Shown one piece after another: positions 9,164 to 18,634 of a DNA stretch of 40,764 bases (position 1 is the stretch's first letter; every line of letters starts with the position of its first letter). A program made the translations under genes and the position numbers. The notes below the pieces were generated by a model. It had not been told where the DNA came from. It made no database searches and worked only from the letters and a program-made list of their open reading frames with translations. The stretch comes from Patescibacteria group bacterium UBA1396 (GTDB lineage: Bacteria; Patescibacteriota; Microgenomatia; UBA1400; UBA1396): the NCBI GenBank assembly GCA_002305195.1, contig DBQK01000009.1, forward strand, positions 18,811 through 59,574, given 5' to 3'.

Positions 9164-10531
9164 ATGTATGATTTATTGTTACCGCTAACAAATTATTTAA
9201 GAGACAACTTATTAAGCGAGTGGTTAACCGTGGTTTGTCAGCCTGATCAACAAACCGCTATCACCCAAACCACCCAGATTATGGCCACTAATTTTGAGCG
9301 TTGGTGTGAATATTCAGATAGTCGGCGGCAAAACTGGCAGGCTAGGTTGCAAAACTGGGTAGAACAATTACGGGCGGATCAAAATCTGAGATTGTTATTA
9401 ACCATTAAGCCGATTGATAAAAAGTTTTATACAGATAGATTGTCATCGAAGAAAACATTGAAAAAGAAAACAACCATTATCGACAAAATAAATGAGCAAC
9501 AAATTAAATTGGCTTTGCAAACCTGGTTCGACGCCAAGCCATGGTGGTGGCGAAGTAGAGCGGTTACTTTTTTAGATGAAGCTTATCCAATATCATTGGG
9601 ACTACTAGAAATTGCTTATCCACCTCCAGTTTTGTGGGCTAATCACAGCTGGGGAAACTGGACTTGGCCATCCGTTAGATTAGCCGTGATTGGGTCGCGC
9701 CAAATGTCCACCTATGGTCAGTTAATAACTCATAGTTTTGTTGGTGAATTAGTTAAAACTTGGCAAGTTGGAATTATTTCTGGCTGCGCCAGAGGAGTTG
9801 ATATGTATTCGCATCAGACCGCCATAAAAAATGGGGGGCTGACCGTTGGAGTGCTCGGCGGCGGCTTTGCCGCCGCCGCCTCTCTCAACGCAACTCAGCG
9901 GCGGTTAGCCCAACAAAGAAATGCCTTATTAATTAGTGAGTTTCCACCGGAAATGTCACCTCAAGCTTGGACTTTTGTTAAACGTAATCGTTTAATTAGT
10001 GCCTTTTCTCAAGCTGTCTTGGTAGTTGAGGCCAAGGAATCAAGCGGTACCTTGAATACCGTTAATCATGCTCTTGAGCAAGGAAAAGATGTTTTTGTAA
10101 TTCCACAGAGTCTTTGGAATGTGAATTATCAAGGTATCGTCAACTTAGTGAATGATGGTGCCAGATTGGTTACGAGCGCTGGTGATTTAATGTTGCAGCT
10201 ATCACTTAGCTGGACTAATAAAAATAAAGAATTCGATAAAACTTTAAAACTAATAAACAATAAAAAAATGGTAGGAACATCGCCAAAATCAGTTTTAAAA
10301 ACAGAAGACAAATCAGTTAATAGTGAATTGATCTTAAGTTCGCAAGAGCAACAAATGATAGATCAAATAATGGAAAAGCAGGGCCAATTGCCCTTGGCAG
10401 ATTTGCTTATTAATCGTCCGCCAACTTGTTCAGAGAGAAACTGGCAAAAAACGTGGCAGTCTTTATTAGCGAAACAAGTTATTAAACAAGCATATGGTGT
10501 AGTGCACTTAAAAAATGTGATAAAGTCCTAG
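9164..10531 (+). CDS. dprA: DNA-processing protein DprA
   Basis: AVIGSR, ISGCARGVD..SH, LISEFPP, F.KRNRLI, VVEA..SSGTL.T...ALEQGKDVF; upstream of topA. Start uncertain (9080/9107/9164). Confidence 0.9.
   Translation: MYDLLLPLTNYLRDNLLSEWLTVVCQPDQQTAITQTTQIMATNFERWCEYSDSRRQNWQARLQNWVEQLRADQNLRLLLTIKPIDKKFYTDRLSSKKTLKKKTTIIDKINEQQIKLALQTWFDAKPWWWRSRAVTFLDEAYPISLGLLEIAYPPPVLWANHSWGNWTWPSVRLAVIGSRQMSTYGQLITHSFVGELVKTWQVGIISGCARGVDMYSHQTAIKNGGLTVGVLGGGFAAAASLNATQRRLAQQRNALLISEFPPEMSPQAWTFVKRNRLISAFSQAVLVVEAKESSGTLNTVNHALEQGKDVFVIPQSLWNVNYQGIVNLVNDGARLVTSAGDLMLQLSLSWTNKNKEFDKTLKLINNKKMVGTSPKSVLKTEDKSVNSELILSSQEQQMIDQIMEKQGQLPLADLLINRPPTCSERNWQKTWQSLLAKQVIKQAYGVVHLKNVIKS
9856..9878. repeat. perfect intragenic GC inverted repeat, 10-bp arms, 3-nt loop
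   Basis: CGGCGGCGGC-TTT-GCCGCCGCCG. Confidence 0.9.
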
Positions 10532-10537
10532 CATTGT

Positions 10538-12679
10538 ATGAAGTCACAGCTAGTAATTGTTGAGTCACCAACCAAGGCCAAAAAAATCAGTCAATATTTA
10601 GGCAAGGATTACGAAGTTTTAGCCTCTATGGGTCACATTCGTGATTTGCCCAAAAGTAAATTGGGTGTTGATGTCGAAAATGATTTTCAGCCGGTTTATA
10701 CCATTCCGACTAAAGCTAAAAAAACGGTTACAAAATTAAAAAAAGCGGCCAAAGCCGCTGACCAAGTTATTCTAGCAACCGACCCAGATAGAGAAGGGGA
10801 GGCGATTGCCTGGCATTTGGTGGAAGCTTTCAAGGATAAAAAGCTTCAGTCGAAATCCAAGCGAGCGGTTTTTTATGAAATTACGAAGGAGGCGGTCTTA
10901 AATTCTCTACAAAAACCTGGAGAGATTAATCTTGATTTGGTTAACGCTCAGCAGGCGCGACGAGTGCTGGATCGTTTAGTTGGCTACCAAATATCACCTG
11001 TCTTATGGAAAAAAATTCGTACCGGTTTATCGGCTGGTCGAGTCCAATCGGCAGCCTTACGACTAATTGTTGAACGAGAAAATGAAATTGAGGCTTTTGA
11101 ACCAGAAGAATATTGGGAAGTTGATTTAGTTCTCAATGAAGCTGGCAATGCTGGTTCAAACACAAAAAAATCTAAAAAATCAGACGAGAGCACAACCATA
11201 ACTGCCAGGGTATTTGAAGTTGATGATAAGAAATTTGAACCTAAGGCGGCGGCGCCAGTTAAAGAACTAGACGCTTGGCTAAAAACCGCTGCTTACGTGG
11301 TGGAACAGGTTGAAAAAAAACAGCGCCGCCGCCAACCCGGCCCGCCTTTTATTACTTCAACACTACAGCAACAAGCTGCCAGTCGCTTAGGTTTTAGCGC
11401 CAAACAAACCATGACTTTGGCTCAACAACTCTATGAGGAAGGCTACATTACCTACCACCGTACTGACTCATTTAATCTTTCGGTCCAAGCTATACAGATG
11501 GCTCGCGAATATATCGTTAAGCAGTTCGGTGATAAGTATCTACCCAGTAAACCGAACTACTATCGTTCAAAAAGTAAGAATGCTCAGGAAGCACACGAAG
11601 CAATTCGTCCAACCAGCCCTCAACCAACCATCGAAGCAAAGAACAGTTTAACGACCAGACATCTTAAATTATATGACTTAATTTTTCGCCGATTTGTAGC
11701 TAGTCAAATGACCCCAGCTGTTTACGATTTAACAACCATCATTGTTACCGGTCAGGCAAACTCCGCCATCTCCGGCAAACAAACGAAAGATAGTCAACAC
11801 TCACTTAAAGCGCGCACTTCTGGTTCAATTGTCACTTTTCCAGGCTGGCTAGCCTTGTTTAACAGTAATCAAGATACAATTTTGCCTGATTTGGAACCCA
11901 AAACAAAACTTGATCTAATTGATTATTTAACCGAGCAAAAATTCACCCAGCCGCCGCCTAGATTTAACGATGCCTCACTAGTTAAGGAATTAGAAAAGCT
12001 GGGCATCGGTCGTCCCAGTACTTACTCCAGTATTATTGAGGTGCTAATTGCCAGGCAATATGTTAAACGAGAACAGCGGGCTTTTATTCCTACGATTATC
12101 GGCAAAACAGTGACTGAATTTTTAATGAAATATTTTCCAGATATTGTCGATTACGATTTCACCGCAGATATGGAAAATAAATTGGACGAAATTTCTCGCG
12201 GTGAAAAAGAATGGGTCAAAACTATCCGAGATTTTTATCAGCCATTTACCAAAACGCTTGACGAAGTGACCGAAAATGCCGAAAGAATGAAGATCCCGGT
12301 TGAGCCACTTAATGAACCTTGTCCCAAATGCGGCTTGTCACCAGAGGAATTTGCCAAGCGTCGCTCGGACAATTCATCTGCCACCGAGGAAGACAAAGAA
12401 CATGGCGAATTAGTTTTACGCACCGGTCGGTTTGGGAAGTTTATCTCTTGTAGTCGGTATCCGGAGTGTGATTACACCGCAAACTATCAAAAGAAAATCG
12501 GGATGAAATGTCCAGAATGTGGCGATGGCGAAGTTATTGAAAGAACCACCCGTCGCGGTCGAACTTTCTATGGTTGCTCTAACTATCCCAAGTGCAAGTT
12601 TGCGAGCTGGAATAATCCACTAAAAAATGCTGACAACGATCAAGACTCGAATGAGAAAGCCAACCAGAAAGAAAAGTAA
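10538..12679 (+). CDS. topA: DNA topoisomerase I
   Basis: LVIVESPTK, ATDPDREGE, SAGRVQS, ITYHRTD, QEAHEAIRP, GIGRPSTY; C-terminal Zn ribbons. Confidence 0.98.
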   Translation: MKSQLVIVESPTKAKKISQYLGKDYEVLASMGHIRDLPKSKLGVDVENDFQPVYTIPTKAKKTVTKLKKAAKAADQVILATDPDREGEAIAWHLVEAFKDKKLQSKSKRAVFYEITKEAVLNSLQKPGEINLDLVNAQQARRVLDRLVGYQISPVLWKKIRTGLSAGRVQSAALRLIVERENEIEAFEPEEYWEVDLVLNEAGNAGSNTKKSKKSDESTTITARVFEVDDKKFEPKAAAPVKELDAWLKTAAYVVEQVEKKQRRRQPGPPFITSTLQQQAASRLGFSAKQTMTLAQQLYEEGYITYHRTDSFNLSVQAIQMAREYIVKQFGDKYLPSKPNYYRSKSKNAQEAHEAIRPTSPQPTIEAKNSLTTRHLKLYDLIFRRFVASQMTPAVYDLTTIIVTGQANSAISGKQTKDSQHSLKARTSGSIVTFPGWLALFNSNQDTILPDLEPKTKLDLIDYLTEQKFTQPPPRFNDASLVKELEKLGIGRPSTYSSIIEVLIARQYVKREQRAFIPTIIGKTVTEFLMKYFPDIVDYDFTADMENKLDEISRGEKEWVKTIRDFYQPFTKTLDEVTENAERMKIPVEPLNEPCPKCGLSPEEFAKRRSDNSSATEEDKEHGELVLRTGRFGKFISCSRYPECDYTANYQKKIGMKCPECGDGEVIERTTRRGRTFYGCSNYPKCKFASWNNPLKNADNDQDSNEKANQKEK
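11245..11333. repeat. perfect intragenic GC inverted repeat, 11-bp arms, 67-nt spacer
   Basis: GGCGGCGGCGC (11245-11255) and GCGCCGCCGCC (11323-11333). Confidence 0.8.
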
Positions 12680-12763
12680 ATTAGTCTAATTTGTTGGTAA
12701 ATTTTTCATTAAACGCCAACTTCAAGAGTTGAGTTTTCTACTTATCCAATTTATAGTCAGATT

Positions 12764-13639
12764 ATGTCCAATTCTATCGATACTCAATATCGCGATTTAT
12801 TACAGTTAATTTTAGATCGAGGTATTAAAACCGATTCCCAACAAGGTGTAGAAGCTCTAACTTTAATGGCGCCACCGCCGCTAAGATTTGATTTAAGCCA
12901 AGGTTTTCCTCTTATTACCGAACGTAAGATTTCCCCAAAAATGTGGCAGCAAGCCATTGGTGAAATTATCGGTTTTATTAGTGGTGCACGCACACAATCA
13001 GAATTGGAAAAATATGGCTGCCACTGGTGGAAAGCTTGGGTGACAGAGAAAAAATGTCACAAACGTGGTTTAGAAACCGGTGATCTTGGTCCTGGCAGTT
13101 ATGGAGTTGCCTTTCATGATTTTCCAACACCTGAAGGTCAACCTTATAACCAAATCCAAAATATTGTGGAGCAAATTCAAGAGTTGCCTCATTTACGAAC
13201 TCACTTTATTACACCTTGGATTCCCCAATATACAATCAGAGGTAAGGGGAAACAGCAAAAAGTAGTGGTTTGTCCTTGTCATGGTTGGATTCATATTCGT
13301 ATTATCGATAACCAATTAACCTTACATATGTGGCAGCGCAGTAGCGATACACCAATTGGTTTGCCAGCTAATTTAGCACAATACGCGGCCTTGACAATGA
13401 TGTTTGGCGAAGTAACAGGCTATCCGGTGCGAGAATATATCCACAGTTTTTCCGATGCCCACATTTTTGTTGATCAAATTGACAAGGTTAAGGAAATGCT
13501 TAAGCGTGAGCCTCGACCTCTACCAAAAATGAGACTAAAAAATAAAAAGAAAAATATCTTTGATTACCGAGTTGAGGACTTTGAACTTATTGACTACGAT
13601 CCTCACCCTGGAATTTGGGATATTCCGGTGGCAATTTAA
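12764..13639 (+). CDS. thyA: thymidylate synthase, divergent
   Basis: RFDLSQGFPL, DLGP.SYG, PCH, QRSSD..IGLP.N, DAHI and C-terminal PVAI. Confidence 0.9.
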   Translation: MSNSIDTQYRDLLQLILDRGIKTDSQQGVEALTLMAPPPLRFDLSQGFPLITERKISPKMWQQAIGEIIGFISGARTQSELEKYGCHWWKAWVTEKKCHKRGLETGDLGPGSYGVAFHDFPTPEGQPYNQIQNIVEQIQELPHLRTHFITPWIPQYTIRGKGKQQKVVVCPCHGWIHIRIIDNQLTLHMWQRSSDTPIGLPANLAQYAALTMMFGEVTGYPVREYIHSFSDAHIFVDQIDKVKEMLKREPRPLPKMRLKNKKKNIFDYRVEDFELIDYDPHPGIWDIPVAI

Positions 13640-13646
13640 AGTGATT

Positions 13647-14126
13647 ATGTCCAAATCTTTTGTTGATATTGATAACGCTCGCTATGACGACCAAATCCAA
13701 GTAATGGAGCGGATTGAGTCTGCCGATCACTGTCCATTTTGTGAAGAGAACCTTAAAAAATATCATCGCCAACCGATATTAAAAAAAACCAAGTATTGGT
13801 TAGTGACCACCAATCAGTGGCCTTATGAACATACCAGGTGGCATTTTTTGATTATTTATCGACAGCACATTGTCAAACTTAGTCAGCTAGAACCAAAAGC
13901 CGGTGAAGAGCTTTTCAATTTAATTTCTTGGTTGGAAAAGGAATACCAAATTCCCGGTGGTGGTTTAGCAATGCGCTTTGGCGATACCAACTATTCAGCT
14001 GGTAGTGTGACTCACCTGCACGCCCAGCTTGTAATGCCAGATTTAACGGATAAAGATTACCAGCCAGTTAGAATTAAAATCGGCAAGTCGGTAGATCAAT
14101 TAAAAAACAAATCAAGAAATAAGTGA
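13647..14126 (+). CDS. HIT-superfamily nucleotide hydrolase/transferase (HxHxQ variant)
   Basis: CPFC, N.WPY...H.LII..QH and SVTHLHAQL motifs; ATG at 13647 follows the thyA stop. Confidence 0.85.
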   Translation: MSKSFVDIDNARYDDQIQVMERIESADHCPFCEENLKKYHRQPILKKTKYWLVTTNQWPYEHTRWHFLIIYRQHIVKLSQLEPKAGEELFNLISWLEKEYQIPGGGLAMRFGDTNYSAGSVTHLHAQLVMPDLTDKDYQPVRIKIGKSVDQLKNKSRNK

Positions 14127-14175
14127 TTATTTAAACTTGACTTTTACTAACCTAAACTCAGCATATTTTTTGTGC

Positions 14176-15021
14176 TCACGCAGTTTGAACCTGAATTATT
14201 TTGACGCCCTGTCTTTTTAAAATTGATTCACCATCCAGCATCGAGTAGCCCTCTTCAAAAAATAGTTCCTTAATTCCAGAATAAGCAATTAATTTGGCAC
14301 AGTTGGGGCAGGGAAAAGTGGTGACATATAAACTACAGCCTTTTAAGCTAATTCCTTGCCGCGCGGCCTCGGTTATCAAGCCCGCCTCGGCGTGCAGTGC
14401 GGTTGAAAGTTCAATAAATTCCCCCTTATGAAAGTTGCCGCGCGGATCGCCGTCTACGTACGGTTGGTAGTTGTTTGGTATGTGCCGATTAAAACCGGCC
14501 AGAATTACGTTTTGATCCTTAACGATTAAGGCACCGATCTGTCGCCACCAATCGGAGCTTAATTTTTTGTATTGACTAGCCAACTTCATCATTTTCTGCT
14601 CAAACTCTTGGTGAGAAATCTGTACATTAGCAGCAATCTGATTTTTTTTCTGAGAACGGCTGGCATCCCAACGTAAAAACACCGACTCGAAAACACAGGC
14701 CTGTTTATCTAAATATTTTTGACAGACTATTCTTGTCTCATCTTCGTCAGGAGCAATTACCTGCCAACTAAATTTGTTAAGTTCAGCTAAATCAGATTTT
14801 TTAGCGATCTTAACTGGAAAGGGTAGGGACCAACTGCTCAGAGAACTAGCGATTAACTTTGGTGGTAAGGCGCGCAAGTCCTTGCGCGCCAAATGATCAA
14901 ACTCGGCAAGTAAGGATTCACCCAAAATATATAAAGTTTCAGCTTGAGGGTGCTTTTGTAACCACTGCCGATAACCCTGATGTAAAACAGGTATATAGGC
15001 CAATAGAATAGATTTAGGCAT
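14176..15021 (-). CDS. dCMP deaminase-family protein with extra N-terminal domain
   Basis: C-terminal SSDWWRQIGA, GFN, HAEA and FPCPNCAKLI zinc motifs; about 135 aa N-terminal addition. Confidence 0.88.
   Translation of the reverse strand: MPKSILLAYIPVLHQGYRQWLQKHPQAETLYILGESLLAEFDHLARKDLRALPPKLIASSLSSWSLPFPVKIAKKSDLAELNKFSWQVIAPDEDETRIVCQKYLDKQACVFESVFLRWDASRSQKKNQIAANVQISHQEFEQKMMKLASQYKKLSSDWWRQIGALIVKDQNVILAGFNRHIPNNYQPYVDGDPRGNFHKGEFIELSTALHAEAGLITEAARQGISLKGCSLYVTTFPCPNCAKLIAYSGIKELFFEEGYSMLDGESILKRQGVKIIQVQTA
14869..14890. repeat. perfect intragenic GC-rich inverted repeat, 10-bp arms
   Basis: GGCGCGCAAG-TC-CTTGCGCGCC. Confidence 0.9.
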
Positions 15022-15538
15022 TCTTTAATTCTTCCAGTAGTCTTTCAATTTTCGAAACAATATTAAGTTGGATGCGCCTAATTTTAGCGCTAGTTGAGGT
15101 GGTAGCCTTGGGTTCCATAACCACCACTGCACCGCAATATTTTTGCAGTTTTTTAATTTGAGCTGATGAGTATGTTTCCTTAGTGGCTACCAACACATCG
15201 GGCAAAATTGTTTTAATTAATTGCCATTTTGGATCTGACAGTTCTTTTAAAATAACGTGATCGACGCTGGCTAAGTAAGAGAGGATTTCCAATCTTTCTT
15301 GTTGCGGTACCACCGGTCTGTCTTGGCCTTTACGATCTCTAATTTTTTCGTCACTATCGACACCAACAATTAAAACATCGCCTAACTCTTTAGCCGCTTG
15401 CAAATAACGTCCGTGGCCGATATGAACCATATCAAATGAACCCTGAGTCAGAACAATCTTTTTTTTGTTTTGCCGATATTTATCAACCACCTGCTGCAGC
15501 TGATCGATATTTTTAACAATTTTTTGAGTCATAGTCAT
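15014..15538 (-). CDS. cytidylyltransferase-like nucleotidyltransferase (TagD/RfaE-II/RibL family)
   Basis: GSFDMVHIGH (HxGH), LIVGVDSD...RKG..RP, ER.E and TSTSAKI. Confidence 0.9.
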   Translation of the reverse strand: MTMTQKIVKNIDQLQQVVDKYRQNKKKIVLTQGSFDMVHIGHGRYLQAAKELGDVLIVGVDSDEKIRDRKGQDRPVVPQQERLEILSYLASVDHVILKELSDPKWQLIKTILPDVLVATKETYSSAQIKKLQKYCGAVVVMEPKATTSTSAKIRRIQLNIVSKIERLLEELKNA

Positions 15539-15634
15539 AATATTTTCTCATTACTATTAATATTGCTCACTTTAGCGCAGAGTGCTCAACTTGAGAAGTC
15601 TTACCCCATAAAACTGACAAGGTACAATACTTAA

Positions 15635-16192
15635 ATGAGCCAATCATCCTTTAACTGTTTTTTGATCGCTGCCATTACTACCGATGGCTTTATTGGGCGC
15701 GGCGATGCAGATTTATCAACCCGCTGGACCAGCAAAGAAGATGCCGCTTTCTATCGCCAGAAAAGTACAGAAGCGGGAGCAGTGATTATGGGCAGTAAAA
15801 CCTTTGCCACACTTGGCAATAAACCCTTGCCCAATCGAGTGAACATCATTTATTCTAGAAGCGAAATTCCTAGAACTATTGACCTTAAATCAGTTAGCAG
15901 TTTAGAACCAGGTAGAGCTTACCGTACCAGTTTAACCCCCCCCAAACTGATTGACAGACTATCAGAATTTGGGCTAAACGCTTTGGCTGTTTCAGGTGGA
16001 GCAAGCGTCTACCGACAATTTTTAGAGAGTCGAGCGGTAAACGAAATTTTTTTGACGGTTGAGCCGCTATTTTTTGGCGATGGCGTTAAGCTTTTGGATT
16101 GCAAGATCGACACCCTTAACCTCAAACTTTTGGAGATTAAAAAGTTGTCAGCCCAAACAATTGTTTTACATTACCAGGTTAATTATGACTAA
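15635..16192 (+). CDS. dihydrofolate reductase family protein
   Basis: AAITTDGFIG, W.S.ED, VIMGSKTF, PLPNRVNII, GGASVY; thymidylate-cluster context. Confidence 0.88.
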   Translation: MSQSSFNCFLIAAITTDGFIGRGDADLSTRWTSKEDAAFYRQKSTEAGAVIMGSKTFATLGNKPLPNRVNIIYSRSEIPRTIDLKSVSSLEPGRAYRTSLTPPKLIDRLSEFGLNALAVSGGASVYRQFLESRAVNEIFLTVEPLFFGDGVKLLDCKIDTLNLKLLEIKKLSAQTIVLHYQVNYD

Positions 16193-16619
16193 AATGAAAA
16201 TTAAACTATTTGACAGATCACTGCCAGCTCCTGACTATCAAACTGCTGGTTCGGTCGGTTTTGATCTGGCTGCTCGCCAGACTGTAACAATTCCACCTGG
16301 ACAGGTAAAAAAAATTCCCTTAAATGTGGGGATCGAGCTGCCACCTGGTTTTTGGGCGATGTTGGCTGCGCGTAGCTCTTTACATAAAAAGGGTTTAACT
16401 CTGGCTAATGGAATCGGGGTAGGGGATAGTGATTTTTGTGGTGACAATGATGAGTATCAAGCGGCAATCTTAAATTTTTCCAGGGAGGAGCAAATAATCG
16501 AACGCGGCGAACGCATTGTACAGATGATTATTTTGCCTTATAAGCGAGTGGAGTTGGAGGTAGTAGTTAGTCTGGGCAATCAGGATCGCGGGGGCTTTGG
16601 CAGTACGGGGCAGAAATAA
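16185..16619 (+). CDS. dut: trimeric dUTPase
   Basis: GSVGFDL, ARSSL, GVGDSDF.G, GERIVQ and RGGFGSTG; start at ATG 16185 or 16194. Confidence 0.95.
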   Translation: MTKMKIKLFDRSLPAPDYQTAGSVGFDLAARQTVTIPPGQVKKIPLNVGIELPPGFWAMLAARSSLHKKGLTLANGIGVGDSDFCGDNDEYQAAILNFSREEQIIERGERIVQMIILPYKRVELEVVVSLGNQDRGGFGSTGQK

Positions 16620-16674
16620 GAGAAAGAAAATGAATAAGCTTGAAGTAGTCCAAGCTCTCTTATTTCATCAGGTT

Positions 16675-16702
16675 TAGTGTTCTGAAACTTAACAGAACAC
16701 TA
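16675..16702. terminator. intergenic hairpin after dut, possible terminator
   Basis: TAGTGTTCTG-AAACTTAA-CAGAACACTA; no immediate U-run. Confidence 0.45.
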
Positions 16703-16767
16703 TAGACGGCGTTAGCCGGTGAATCAAGATTTGTTTTAAATTTTTATACAGGGTAGTTTAGTCAAGT

Positions 16768-17799
16768 ATGAGTCGCTTTGCTAAAGGTCGACCACTTGAG
16801 TCCTTAATATCTGTGCCTACAGATGCCGTTGTGGCAACCGCTACAGGTGTTAATTGGGAGAGGCAAAGAAATTTACCACCAGATAAAGAATTAGTCGTAA
16901 TTTTGCAGAAGGCAATTGAGGAATTATTAGAGCTGATTGTTTATATTCTTTTTTTTATGCCAGGAAGTCTCAGTCTTTTAGAATTAGCCGATTCGCTAGC
17001 CTTTATAAATAAAATCCTGCAAGAAATATTTAAAAGACTGCAAATAGACCTGGTGGCGGAAACGACTACTACACTTAATGAAGCCAATGTATTTCTAGCC
17101 CAAGCTATGTTAGCAGCGCCTTTAAAAAGTGCTAATCTTACTCAGCCAACTTCAGCTAATAGTGCAATTGATTTTCTTGAGAATCTGATGGGTCTTAGTG
17201 GATATGTAGCTAATCAGAGAATTAACAAGCGAGGTTTAAAAGAAGCCATTTCAAGAATGAAGGATATTCTGTCGGAGCCAAGCAGTTATGTTTGGGGTAA
17301 TTTTGGCGAGCCAGGTTTAAACAAAGAGGTGGAAGGACAAATTACACAACTACTTTTAGGGAAAGCTTTTCATCAACCCTTGAATGGGACTTGGAATTTG
17401 TCTAATGCTATCGATGTCTATTCGGAGCTAGTAATTGAGGTGCAAAAATTAGCCGAGACTCTATTTAATTATCCAGGTATTAACTTATTGGTGGCATCGA
17501 TGTTTGCGCAAATTGTGACCGAGGGTGGGGTGAGGGTTGGTGGCAAAAATGTGGATAATTATCCTCTCCTACAGTCACCCCAAGAAAATAATGGAAATGG
17601 AAAATTGCCGAGTCAGAACGGGAATGACCAATCAACAATTAATATAAAAGAACTTAGGGGGCTATTTCCTGCTCATATGATACCCGCAGGTTATCAAATC
17701 GGCGGATCCCAAACACCTAATGAGTTTATGCAGCAAAGGTACCCTAATTTCAATAATTCTGAAATTCTTGAATTAATTGCGCAAGCAAGAATAATTTAG
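16768..17799 (+). CDS. hypothetical protein
   Basis: 343 aa ORF filling the dut-tmk gap; looks helical, no motif recognised. Confidence 0.7.
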   Translation: MSRFAKGRPLESLISVPTDAVVATATGVNWERQRNLPPDKELVVILQKAIEELLELIVYILFFMPGSLSLLELADSLAFINKILQEIFKRLQIDLVAETTTTLNEANVFLAQAMLAAPLKSANLTQPTSANSAIDFLENLMGLSGYVANQRINKRGLKEAISRMKDILSEPSSYVWGNFGEPGLNKEVEGQITQLLLGKAFHQPLNGTWNLSNAIDVYSELVIEVQKLAETLFNYPGINLLVASMFAQIVTEGGVRVGGKNVDNYPLLQSPQENNGNGKLPSQNGNDQSTINIKELRGLFPAHMIPAGYQIGGSQTPNEFMQQRYPNFNNSEILELIAQARII

Positions 17800-17892
17800 A
17801 TTTTTTGATTGACTGGATTTTTATCCAAAATGAGAAGTCAAAAATTTCCCACACTTGAGCAAACTAACCTATTTAGCTACACTTAGATCGGA

Positions 17893-18558
17893 ATGAAAAC
17901 AGATTATCCTCCCTCCAACTATACCGGACAGTTAATTTCTTTTGAAGGTGGTGAGGGATCTGGCAAGTCCACTCAGATTCAAAGACTACAAGCCAGCCTA
18001 GAAGCTTGTGGTAAGCAAGTGATTGCACTTCGTGAACCTGGCGGGACTACCATTTCTGAGCAGATTAGAGAAGTTGTTTTGTCCAACAAAAATATTGGTA
18101 TGGCTTACACAACCGAGGTTTTGTTGTTTCAAGCCGCTCGGGCACAACTTTACCGAGAAATAGTTTTACCAAGTCTGGAAGCTGGCAAAGTGGTACTTAT
18201 GGATCGAACGCGTGATAGTTCAGTGGTTTATCAGGGAATTGTGCGAGGTTTTGGTGAAGAATTAATTGAACAGCTCAATGATATCTCTACTAAAAATACG
18301 CGTCCCAACATCACTTTTTTACTTGATGTCGATCCGGAAATTGGTTTAAGCCGACGCGAACAGGCGGATGGCAAGCAAGGGCTCAATCGTTTAGATATGG
18401 AATCCTTAAATTTTCATCAACAAGTTCGCGAGGCCTATCTAAAACTTGTAAAAAATGACGATCGCGATCGTTGGGTGGTAATGGATGCCAATCAAACCAT
18501 TGACGATTTAGAGGAAGATATCTGGGCCGAAATTCAAGCCAGAGGAATTTGTGCTTAA
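17893..18558 (+). CDS. tmk: thymidylate kinase
   Basis: FEGGEGSGKSTQ, REPGGT, LLFQAARAQ, DR..DSS..YQG. Confidence 0.97.
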   Translation: MKTDYPPSNYTGQLISFEGGEGSGKSTQIQRLQASLEACGKQVIALREPGGTTISEQIREVVLSNKNIGMAYTTEVLLFQAARAQLYREIVLPSLEAGKVVLMDRTRDSSVVYQGIVRGFGEELIEQLNDISTKNTRPNITFLLDVDPEIGLSRREQADGKQGLNRLDMESLNFHQQVREAYLKLVKNDDRDRWVVMDANQTIDDLEEDIWAEIQARGICA

Positions 18559-18634
18559 TTTTAGACAGAGTGATATCTTGATCGTAGTTGCAAGTAACTA
18601 ATAATTACCGCCACAATACTGGAATAAAAAGTAA

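Noticed and set aside
13560-16184. Extended TTG starts for HIT (13560) and dut (16059)
   Set aside because: They would overlap the upstream genes extensively; downstream ATGs fit better.
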